NCBI RefSeq assembly: GCF_964030745.1 | Contig: NZ_OZ034918.1 | Coordinates: forward strand, 660,001 to 692,000 | Source of the DNA: Candidatus Saccharimonadota bacterium | GTDB taxonomy: Bacteria; Bacteroidota; Bacteroidia; Cytophagales; Amoebophilaceae | Length of the DNA: 32,000 nt | Direction of reading: 5' to 3' | Part shown: piece by piece, positions 1-7,079 of the stretch | Numbering within the stretch: position 1 is the first letter of the stretch | Layout of the letters: every line of letters starts with the position of its first letter | Program-made: the position numbers and the translations under genes | Notes under the pieces: model-generated | The model's input: the letters and a program-made list of their open reading frames with translations, nothing else | Databases searched by the model: none | What the model was told of the DNA's origin: nothing

Positions 1-431
1 TGTTTTAAAGTTTTCGTACAAAGTTGGAAAAACGAGTTTCCTGCCATAGCCGTGAACGGGTATGCCCTCGGAAAAAAGTTGTGGCCCCACTCCTTGTAAA
101 TGGCTAACCCACTATCAGCCCTGCCTCTCCTTCGATAAAAAAATGGCGCTCTAGTAAAGGACTAACAGCTGAGCGATATGTTTTTCAGTGGATTAGAAAA
201 TCGTCTGTTTGAAGCCCGCTTGCGGGCTGAGTTCACGATTTTCCCGCTGAAAAACATATCGATTCAACTATTTACTATCGGGCCATACTTTTTATCGAAG
301 GAGACGCGGGGCGGGTACTTGGTCAGCTATTTGCTTTTTCAGAAAAACGTAATCACAGTGATGAATGGATACTCGTGAAAAGCTAGAAAAAACGTATTTT
401 CTGCCACAGTGGTGAATAGATACTATGGTAT
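1..431. repeat. Intergenic repeat island 1: mosaic of repeat modules, including a ~180-bp compound palindrome at 126-306
   Basis: 126-180 (tctccttcgataaaaaaatggcgctctagtaaa...cagctgagcgatatg) and 255-306 (catatcgattcaactatttact...tttatcgaaggagac) are inverted copies of one module (module B). The 74 bp between them is itself palindromic: tttttcagtgg/ccgctgaaaaa, gaaaatcgt/acgattttc, agcccgc/gcgggct. MITE-end-like motifs (..gtgaa.(a/g)g(a/g)tac) occur at 42-61, 357-375 and 403-421. The same modules recur at 4788-5316, 6999-7053 and 15005-15058. Confidence 0.75.
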
Positions 432-1073
432 CTATATCACACCACTTTTTTGGATAAAGTCAACAGCAATGGCTAAACCCTGGTTGTCTATCGAATGAGC
501 AAGGTTCTTGAGTTTATGCCCACTACATGGTACCTTTTGCTCAGCTAAATAAGCTATCGCATGGTCTACAGCACCTACCGCAACTACAGTATCTAACATG
601 CCATGAATCAAACAAATAGGTGTAGTCGTATTGATGGGTTGCGGAGGGGCTATCAATAGCCCAGAAAATCCTATAGTAGATAAGAAAGGCTCCGTCTGTA
701 TAAGTGTTAAATAGATAGCCAGCATAGCCCCCTGTGAGAAGCCAATCAGAATAGTATCTTTATTGGTAAGATTGAGCCCCATTTGTTTTTGTTTAATGAT
801 CTCTGTAACCGATGCTACATTACTGCCCAATAACCTTTTCATCACATAGGGCGTTCGATCTTGCAGGCTAAACCATTGCCGCCCATGAGCAGCCATATCA
901 TATGGCTCTACCCCATGTGGCGCCATAAAATGGCAGTCCGGTAAATCATCTTGGATATATGGAACCAATTTGATTAAATCATGCCCATTAGAGCCGACAC
1001 CATGTAATAATACTACTAACTTTTTTGCGGGTAGCATTTTACTATGTACCTCAGGATGTATTAAATTGCTCAT
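432..1073 (-). CDS. Alpha/beta hydrolase of the phospholipase/carboxylesterase family
   Basis: The ORF runs 432..1121. It has the nucleophile elbow GFSQGA, the N-terminal [11 protein letters not shown] and later HGMLDTVV and AHSID, giving a Ser-Asp-His layout typical of Abhydrolase_2 esterases. I moved the start to Met17 (MSNLIHPEV) because the maximal ORF overlaps the divergent nth gene. 1121 is the maximal start. Confidence 0.75.
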   Translation of the reverse strand: MSNLIHPEVHSKMLPAKKLVVLLHGVGSNGHDLIKLVPYIQDDLPDCHFMAPHGVEPYDMAAHGRQWFSLQDRTPYVMKRLLGSNVASVTEIIKQKQMGLNLTNKDTILIGFSQGAMLAIYLTLIQTEPFLSTIGFSGLLIAPPQPINTTTPICLIHGMLDTVVAVGAVDHAIAYLAEQKVPCSGHKLKNLAHSIDNQGLAIAVDFIQKSGVI

Positions 1074-1127
1074 TATTGATCTGCTATTATTGTAAACTTG
1101 TCCACAACTCGTGCTCATCAATATATC

Positions 1128-1766
1128 ATGGAAAAACCAATAGTTGATAAAATTTTTGAGATTTTAAGCAATAAAAATCAAAACCCTACCACAGAACTGG
1201 TCTATACCAATGCATTTACCTTATTAGTAGCGGTAATATTATCTGCACAAGCCACTGATATATCGGTAAATATAGCAACCAAACCTTTGTTTGAGCAGTG
1301 TGATACACCCGAAAAAATGGTATGCCTTGGAGAAGAAGGGTTGAAAAAATATATAAAATCCATTGGATTGTTTAACCACAAAGCTAAAAATATCATCTCC
1401 TTATGTAAGCGATTGATCACCCATTATGACGGCCATATACCCAACAACTTTGAATCACTTTTACAACTACCAGGCGTAGGTAGAAAAACAGCCAATGTAA
1501 TCCTCAACACCTTATTTAACGAGCCAACCATTGCGGTAGACACCCATGTATTTAGAGTAGCCAAAAGAATTGGCCTAGCAAAAGGCACAACGCCCCAAAA
1601 AGTAGAGAGTGAACTATTAGAGATTATAGATCAAAAGTGGCGCAGGCACGCCCATCATTGGCTTATCCTACATGGTAGATATATTTGCAAAGCAAGAAAA
1701 CCTAACTGCAGCATTTGTCCCATTCAAACACATTGCGCCTACTATCAAGAAAATTTCAAAGAGTAG
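1128..1766 (+). CDS. nth: Endonuclease III (DNA glycosylase/AP lyase)
   Basis: It has the helix-hairpin-helix motif [20 protein letters not shown], and the C-terminal 4Fe-4S ligand pattern C-x6-C-x2-C-x5-C ([17 protein letters not shown]). The ATG at 1128 (MEKPIV...) is preferred over the TTG at 1098 used by the ORF track. Confidence 0.9.
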   Translation: MEKPIVDKIFEILSNKNQNPTTELVYTNAFTLLVAVILSAQATDISVNIATKPLFEQCDTPEKMVCLGEEGLKKYIKSIGLFNHKAKNIISLCKRLITHYDGHIPNNFESLLQLPGVGRKTANVILNTLFNEPTIAVDTHVFRVAKRIGLAKGTTPQKVESELLEIIDQKWRRHAHHWLILHGRYICKARKPNCSICPIQTHCAYYQENFKE

Positions 1767-1867
1767 GTGCCAGATGAAGCATCATATTTATAATCTCCTG
1801 CTTCAATGAAGGATATTTTTTTATTAAAGGTTTAACCTCATTGTTAAAGCTGAAAGAAAATATAATA

Positions 1868-2086
1868 CTATAGCCCATTGAGTTCTTTTACAAAATCTTG
1901 TTCAGAGATCATGTTCAATTTGCCTTGTCGAAACAATTTAACCTCTTCTAATGCATTTTTAAACTTTGTTAAAGTAGCCCTTTTAGCACCTTCATGATCC
2001 TCTACTTTGACAAAGTCAAGCGTTTTTATGAATTCTATAAAAGGTTGATATTTATTGTCCTTAATAGATAAAGTTATGTATTTCAT
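1868..2086 (-). CDS. Small hypothetical protein (72 aa)
   Basis: A clean 72-codon ORF co-directional with and downstream of lepA. Its charged/helical composition (MKYITLSIKDNKYQPFIEFIKTLDFVKVED...) looks like the small antitoxin-like proteins common in Bacteroidota. I cannot assign a family. Confidence 0.45.
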   Translation of the reverse strand: MKYITLSIKDNKYQPFIEFIKTLDFVKVEDHEGAKRATLTKFKNALEEVKLFRQGKLNMISEQDFVKELNGL

Positions 2087-2219
2087 AATCAGATCATTTT
2101 ATAAAATACTTTAGTATTTTGGGTCGATTAACTCAATAGCCAATACTAACTTTAGTATACCAGCAATAGTAAGTGTAAAAGTATATGAATAAAGTGTATG
2201 AAACAATTTCCGTAGCTCA

Positions 2220-4019
2220 TCAATCATCCAACTTTAACACCGCCATAAAAGCCTCCTGTGGCACTTCTACTGAACCTACTTGCCGCATCCGCTTTTTACC
2301 CTTTTTTTGTTTTTCTAAAAGTTTTCTCTTGCGTGAAATATCACCACCATAACATTTGGCAATCACATTTTTTCGCAATGACTTTACCGTTTCTCTGGCA
2401 ATGACCTTTGTGCCAATAGCTGCTTGAATGCTTACCTCAAACATATGCCTAGGAATGATTTCTTTAAGCTTTTTACATAAGACCTTTCCCCGTTCATAGG
2501 CATTTGATCTATGTACAATAGCCGAAAGAGCGTCTACTTTTTCGTTGTGTAATAGAATATCTAGTTTTACCAGATCGGCATTGGCAAACCTAGATAGTTC
2601 ATAATCTAAGGAGGCGTAACCACGCGAAATGGTTTTGAGTTTATCAAAAAAGTCAAAAACCACTTCTGCTAAAGGCAACTCAAAAGTAAGTTCTACACGG
2701 TCAGCTGTTAAGTAGACCTGGTTTTTAAAGACCCCCCTTCTATCCATACAAAGCTTCATAATACCACCCACAAATTCTGATTTTGTAATAATTTGTGCTT
2801 TGATCAAAGGCTCCTCAATGCGCTCAATGGCATTAGGAGCAGGCATATCCGCAGGTGCTTGCACATCTATCCGTTGACCTTTTGGGTCTATTACATGAAA
2901 TTGTACCGACGGAACAGTAGTGATAATGGTGATATTAAACTCTTTTTCCAGGCGCTCCTGTATAATCTCCATATGGAGCATGCCTAAGAAACCACATCGA
3001 AAGCCAAAACCCAAAGCAGCAGAGGTTTCTGGTTCCCAAATTAATGAAGCATCATTTAATTTTAACTTTTCCATAGCATCTCGTAGCGACTCATACTCAG
3101 TAGTATCTACCGGATAGATGCCGGCAAAAACCATAGGCTTCACCTCTTCAAAGCCCTTTATCATTGCCCCTGTCGGTTTTCCAGCCCTATCTATATGGGT
3201 AATCGTATCCCCTACTTTTATTTCACTTGCATTTTTAATCCCAGCAATCATATAGCCCACATGACCCGCTTCTAAAAAAGGTTTGGGGATTTGTTGCAAT
3301 TTTAAAATACCAATCTCTTCTACCCTATAATCTAGCCCTGTGCTAATGCATTGAATCTGATCTCCAGGCTTAATCGTTCCATTAAAAATGCGAAAATAGA
3401 CCTCCACACCACGAAAAGTATTATACAACGAATCAAAAATCATCGCTTGCAGTGGCGCCTGACTATCCCCTGTAGGGGCAGGTATACGGGTCACTATAGC
3501 CTCGAGCAGGAGATCAATCCCAATACCCTGTTTGGCGCTCGCAGCAATAATCCCATCTCGATCACAGCCTATCAGCTCCACGATTTGATCCTTTACTTCT
3601 TCTGGTCTTGCCCCTGGCAAATCAATCTTGTTCAATACAGGGATAATGGTAAGGTTTTGCTCTAAGGCCAAATATAGATTGGAGATGGTTTGTGCTTCTA
3701 CCCCCTGTGCGGCGTCAACAACCAACAGGGCTCCCTCACATGCAGCAATAGAGCGAGAAACCTCATAGGTAAAGTCTACGTGGCCAGGGGTATCAATTAA
3801 GTTGAGTAGATAGGGAGCGCCATCGTAGGTATAGCCCATTTGGATCGCATGGCTTTTGATTGTGATCCCACGTTCACGTTCCAAATCCATGTTATCAAGC
3901 ACTTGATTTTTTTGATCACGTATGCCCACCGTTTTTGTTGTTTCTAATAAACGATCTGCTAAGGTGCTTTTGCCATGATCAATGTGTGCAATGATGCAAA
4001 AATTTCGAATATTTTTCAT
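2220..4019 (-). CDS. lepA: Translation elongation factor 4 (LepA)
   Basis: 599 aa. It has the GTPase motifs AHIDHGKST (G1), DTPGHVDF (G3) and NKID (G4), and the LepA-type C-terminal region ending ...[18 protein letters not shown]. Confidence 0.97.
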   Translation of the reverse strand: MKNIRNFCIIAHIDHGKSTLADRLLETTKTVGIRDQKNQVLDNMDLERERGITIKSHAIQMGYTYDGAPYLLNLIDTPGHVDFTYEVSRSIAACEGALLVVDAAQGVEAQTISNLYLALEQNLTIIPVLNKIDLPGARPEEVKDQIVELIGCDRDGIIAASAKQGIGIDLLLEAIVTRIPAPTGDSQAPLQAMIFDSLYNTFRGVEVYFRIFNGTIKPGDQIQCISTGLDYRVEEIGILKLQQIPKPFLEAGHVGYMIAGIKNASEIKVGDTITHIDRAGKPTGAMIKGFEEVKPMVFAGIYPVDTTEYESLRDAMEKLKLNDASLIWEPETSAALGFGFRCGFLGMLHMEIIQERLEKEFNITIITTVPSVQFHVIDPKGQRIDVQAPADMPAPNAIERIEEPLIKAQIITKSEFVGGIMKLCMDRRGVFKNQVYLTADRVELTFELPLAEVVFDFFDKLKTISRGYASLDYELSRFANADLVKLDILLHNEKVDALSAIVHRSNAYERGKVLCKKLKEIIPRHMFEVSIQAAIGTKVIARETVKSLRKNVIAKCYGGDISRKRKLLEKQKKGKKRMRQVGSVEVPQEAFMAVLKLDD

Positions 4020-4059
4020 TAAACTTAATTAAGTATCTATATATTAAATTATAATTCGC

Positions 4060-4109
4060 ATACATCTAGTATGTTGTGGTGCCCGATTACGTTGCTCCTA
4101 AAAATTGCG
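4060..4109. repeat. Conserved 50-nt element upstream of lepA; a paralog lies at 20933-20982 upstream of hisS
   Basis: Hand alignment of atacatctagtatgttgtggtgcccgattacgttgctcctaaaaattgcg against atacatctagtatgctgcggtgctcggctgcgcttctcctaaaaattgct gives 41/50 identical positions. The orientation relative to the downstream minus-strand gene is the same in both. Confidence 0.6.
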
Positions 4110-4184
4110 TACTATAATAAATAGGCTTGGAAAGCCGTCTGTTATTTACCAATGGTACAAGGTACGGAATTTAAAAAATAGTAT

Positions 4185-4192
4185 TATCTTTG
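4185..4192 (+). promoter_or_regulatory. Candidate Bacteroidota -7 promoter box (TAnnTTTG) for rplS
   Basis: TATCTTTG lies 33 nt upstream of the rplS ATG. No clear -33 TTTG partner was found. Confidence 0.3.
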
Positions 4193-4224
4193 CATTAACT
4201 TTTGTGTAATTTTCTAATCCAGTT

Positions 4225-4581
4225 ATGAATAATTTAATAAAATATGTTGAGGCGGTGTGCAACCCTCAACCAGCCCGCTCATTTCCCTCTTTCAAGGCTG
4301 GAGACACCATCAATGTGCATGTTAAAATACAAGAAGGGAACAAAGTGCGTATTCAACAATTTCAAGGAGCAGTTATTCAACGTAGGCACCCCAATACCAA
4401 TGGAGAAACCTTTACGGTACGCAAAGTATCCAAAGGGGTTGGTGTAGAGCGTATTTTTCCTTTACTTTGTCCTAATATTGAAAAAATAGAAGTAAACCGA
4501 AAGGGTGCTGTGCGAAGGGCCAGAATTTTTTATCTAAGGGGTAAGCAAGGTAAGGCTGCACGTATTAAGGAGCTTAGATAA
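4225..4581 (+). CDS. rplS: 50S ribosomal protein L19
   Basis: 118 aa with typical L19 sequence: [29 protein letters not shown]...FTVRK...[16 protein letters not shown]. Confidence 0.95.
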   Translation: MNNLIKYVEAVCNPQPARSFPSFKAGDTINVHVKIQEGNKVRIQQFQGAVIQRRHPNTNGETFTVRKVSKGVGVERIFPLLCPNIEKIEVNRKGAVRRARIFYLRGKQGKAARIKELR

Positions 4582-4621
4582 GCCATTTATATTCCATTTT
4601 TTTTCTTACATTTCTTGAGTT

Positions 4622-4694
4622 GCCTCCTTAGCTCAACTGGCAGAGCAACTGATTTGTAATCAGTAGGTTGCTGGTTCGATTCCGGCAGGGGGCA
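4622..4694 (+). tRNA. tRNA-Thr (anticodon UGU)
   Basis: Hand-folded cloverleaf: acceptor GCCTCCT/AGGGGGC, D arm GCTC..GAGC, anticodon arm ACTGA-TTTGTAA-TCAGT (anticodon TGT), T arm GCTGG-TTCGATT-CCGGC, discriminator A. 73 nt, no encoded CCA. Confidence 0.9.
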
Positions 4695-5316
4695 CTTGTG
4701 CTGCTTAAAATTTTCCATTTTTTACCGAGGGCTTGAATTTTTGTCCACTTTGTTTATTAACAAATAAGTGGACAAAAATTCATTTTTCAGCTATTTACTT
4801 ATCGGGCCAGACTGTTTATCGAAGGAGATAATGGGCCGAGCCACAGGTGTGAATAGATACGTATATTTGTTCAATGCATCTAATCCAACGTGTGATACTT
4901 TAACAGAAGTGAGACATTTTTCTTTTCCATTTTAGGCAGGTTAGGCTATGGAAAAATAGGCTCGTGTACTATCCCAGCACATTATCTTATGCCCGTTAAT
5001 CTTACGAGTTTTATTGTCCATCATCCCACATAATCTACTATAATTTTATATTTTTATAAATCACTTTTTGTAGCGTTTCTGTTGAAACTTCACACATAAT
5101 TGGCTATTTGGCGCATTATTTATTTCCCGTTTTAACCATTTAAAAAAAATTGTATTGGGCAAACTGTCTAACCACTCTTTTGTATCCTTGTCTGGAGTAC
5201 TATGGAGACTAGTATCATTAATAGGACGATTAAGGTCATGGGTATGTAAAATGATGAGTTATGTTTATCTCCTTCGATAAAAAGTCTGGTCCGATAGTAA
5301 ATAGCTGAATCGATAT
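4695..5316. repeat. Intergenic repeat island 2 next to tRNA-Thr: truncated MITE relative, a perfect 15-bp-stem hairpin, and inverted module-B copies flanking 435 bp
   Basis: 4700-4860 matches the hairpin-to-TIR part of the 249-bp MITE in reverse orientation (ttttaccgagggcttgaattttt..., ending ccacaggtgtgaatagatac at 4860). The hairpin is aatttttgtccactt (4736-4750) paired with aagtggacaaaaatt (4766-4780). Module B at 4788-4830 and its reverse complement at 5266-5306 are near-identical inverted copies. Confidence 0.7.
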
Positions 5317-6620
5317 GAGGCCGTTGTGATAGGTTGAAGGTATAATTTTGATTAATCTTCCAGGGTTATTTCCTTGCCATATTTGATGTTATAGTGGTAT
5401 AAAACTATTTATTTACTGATTTTTTAGTCATTTTCAATCTATTTTGGACACACCATTCCCCTAGATACCTCTTAATATGATGTTTGGGGACCTATATAAG
5501 TTATAGGCTATTGCCTCCATAACATGTTGCGTATGGGTTTTAGCAAGGCCTATATATCTGGCTCCTGAGCTACGGAACCAACTTTTAATACTTCCAAATA
5601 CCCGTTCTACTTTATAGCGCGTTTTAGATACTAATTTATTAAACCGTTTAGCAGTGGGTGATAAAGGATTGTTTCTAGCCCCTTTTTTCTGAATAGCTGA
5701 TTTTAACTTCTTTTTCTTTAGTAAATTTTCGTTGGGCGACCCGCTATAGCCTTTATCTGCATAGAGTCTGCTGCCTGATTTTAGCCTTACTTTATCCAAT
5801 AATACCTGTAAATGCCCACTATCATGACTAGATGCTTTTGTGGTACCTACGGCTAGCACCAACCCCTCTTTGCTTTCCACAAGAACATGCCGCTTATAGC
5901 CATAGTAGAGATGATGGCCTTTTTTTATCCAACTTGCTTCTGGATCTACTCCTTTTTGATAACTTTCAGCTGTGGTTATGGTTCCATCTTCATGCAGATC
6001 GTAGCTTTTTTTACCTTTAGGGCGTCTAGGGGTAGGGGTAATAGAAGCATCTACAGCTGCTGAACCGTTTTGAACCAATACACCATGATCAGATAGCTGA
6101 TTATTAATGATATGCAATAACTTTTCTAAAGCATTCTTCTCTGTAAGGGTAGTTCTAAATCTACTTAGTACACTATGATCTGGAACAGAACTATCCATCG
6201 AAATACCACAAAATCTGCTAAAAGTGATACGATCATTCACTTCTTCTTCGACTGCATAGTCGCTCAAGCCATACCACGTCTGTAGCAATAGCATTTTGAA
6301 TAGAAGCAGAGGACTATAGGCCGGTTTGCCTGATAAACGTAAACCTTTAGGATAATGTAATCGGAGTGCTTTTTCTACTACTGACCAATTAACTAGCTTG
6401 TTGATTTGATCAAAGAAAGTGTGTTTGCACTTACGCTTATTGGCGGAAATATCTGAAAAACTTAATTGCTTAGTTTGCTTGAGCGACATACACAATATTA
6501 TTAAAAGTTTTAAGCATCAATACCTAAAAAAATCAATAGAATTTAACCTTTTTTTACCTTCTTCTAAAAAATAAAAAGATACTTTTTATGGCAAATCGTA
6601 AAGGTCTATTGCAACGGCCT
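5317..6620 (-). mobile_element. Intact IS5-family insertion sequence (~1.3 kb)
   Basis: The terminal inverted repeats are AGGCCGTTGTGATAGG (5317-) and the reverse complement of tctattgcaacggcct (-6620), matching at 13/16. The flanking direct repeat is cgatatg (5310-5316 and 6621-6627); the TSD length is ambiguous at 5-7 bp because the terminal g/c can extend the TIR. A single full-length transposase ORF lies inside. Confidence 0.85.
5461..6495 (-). CDS. IS5-family DDE transposase (InsH-like N-terminal domain plus DDE_Tnp_1)
   Basis: 344 aa. It has the N-terminal LLFKMLLLQTWYGLSDYAVEEEVNDRITFSRFCGI (DUF772/InsH-like), the DDE-region motif YADKGYSG, and the C-terminal RYKVERVFGSIKSWF typical of IS5 transposases. 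There is no frameshift or internal stop. Confidence 0.9.
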   Translation of the reverse strand: MCMSLKQTKQLSFSDISANKRKCKHTFFDQINKLVNWSVVEKALRLHYPKGLRLSGKPAYSPLLLFKMLLLQTWYGLSDYAVEEEVNDRITFSRFCGISMDSSVPDHSVLSRFRTTLTEKNALEKLLHIINNQLSDHGVLVQNGSAAVDASITPTPRRPKGKKSYDLHEDGTITTAESYQKGVDPEASWIKKGHHLYYGYKRHVLVESKEGLVLAVGTTKASSHDSGHLQVLLDKVRLKSGSRLYADKGYSGSPNENLLKKKKLKSAIQKKGARNNPLSPTAKRFNKLVSKTRYKVERVFGSIKSWFRSSGARYIGLAKTHTQHVMEAIAYNLYRSPNIILRGI

Positions 6621-6681
6621 CGATATGTTAATATCGAATTTTCGTCCACTTCTTTATCAAGAAAAAAGTGGACGAAAACTC

Positions 6682-6930
6682 GTATCTATTCACGTCACTG
6701 GTTAATAATGAATTGTATTCCACTTTTTTCTTGATAAAAAAGTGGACAAAAAATCAAGCCCTCGGCAAAAAGTTCCGGAAGCCACCCCTTACAGATGGAA
6801 AAACAGAAGTCGCCCGCTGCGCGGGCTTCAAAGGAATCTGTTTTTCCCAATCATCTGCAAGGGGTGGCTTCTATTTCGAAACTTTTTACAGGGGCATTTT
6901 ATCACTATGGCCATAGTGTTGAACAGATAC
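6682..6930 (+). mobile_element. 249-bp MITE-like non-autonomous element, copy R1
   Basis: The ends are GTATCTATTCAC... and ...GTTGAACAGATAC, imperfect terminal inverted repeats with core GTATCT(A/G)TTCA. A perfect 8-bp direct repeat GAAAACTC flanks it at 6674-6681 and 6931-6938. No credible ORF is present. It is 246/249 identical, by hand alignment, to the inverted copy at 15079-15327. Confidence 0.8.
6778..6871. repeat. 94-nt interrupted palindrome inside MITE copy R1
   Basis: Paired segments are gaagccacccctt/aaggggtggcttc (13 bp), cagatg/catctg, aaaaacaga/tctgttttt, and the apical gcccgc-tgc-gcgggc. About 34 bp are paired in total. The same structure is found at 15138-15231 and 15415-15508. 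Confidence 0.8.
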
Positions 6931-7079
6931 GAAAACTCAAGCCCTGGGCAAAAAGTTGGGGCATTTTACTACTATGACTATAGCGTTGAACGCATACCCA
7001 TATCGTTCAGCTGTTAGTGTTTTACTAGAGGGCCATTTTTTATCGAAGGAGACGCGGGGGCTGGTATTTGGTTAGCTAT

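Larger units (their letters stand above)
6621..7079. repeat. Intergenic repeat island 3: older palindrome-less MITE relative interrupted by a 249-bp MITE, followed by module B
   Basis: The hairpin is ttttcgtccactt (6639-6651) paired with aagtggacgaaaa (6666-6678). Removing 6682-6938 restores gtggacgaaaactcaagccctgggcaaaaagttggggcatttt...gttgaacgcatac, which is collinear with the MITE body minus its palindrome. Module B lies at 6999-7053. Confidence 0.75.

Noticed and set aside
178-378. A 66-aa ORF at the window start.
   Set aside because: It spans the compound palindrome of repeat island 1, including module B and the gcccgc hairpin. There is no protein-like signal.
1775-1822. A hairpin tgaagca...tgcttca after nth, considered as a terminator.
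   Set aside because: The stem is only 7 bp with a 17-nt loop, and about 10 nt separate it from the T-run. That is too weak to call.
5168-5239. A 23-aa hydrophobic peptide (MTLIVLLMILVSIVLQTRIQKSG) on the minus strand that looks like a type I toxin.
   Set aside because: It is very short, has no recognisable promoter, SD or antisense-RNA architecture, and overlaps a longer stop-free stretch in another frame. This is expected by chance in AT-rich DNA.
6668-7017. Three overlapping ORFs (82, 91 and 60 aa) in all three forward frames, with conserved-looking counterparts at 14941-15544 (108, 132 and 89 aa).
   Set aside because: They lie entirely inside the MITE and repeat units, so their apparent conservation is just DNA repeat identity. 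All three frames are open at once. Differences between copies are mostly non-synonymous (for example P/L, L/V, I/T, V/A, R/A against two silent changes). The starts are GTG codons inside a hairpin. I treat them as non-coding.
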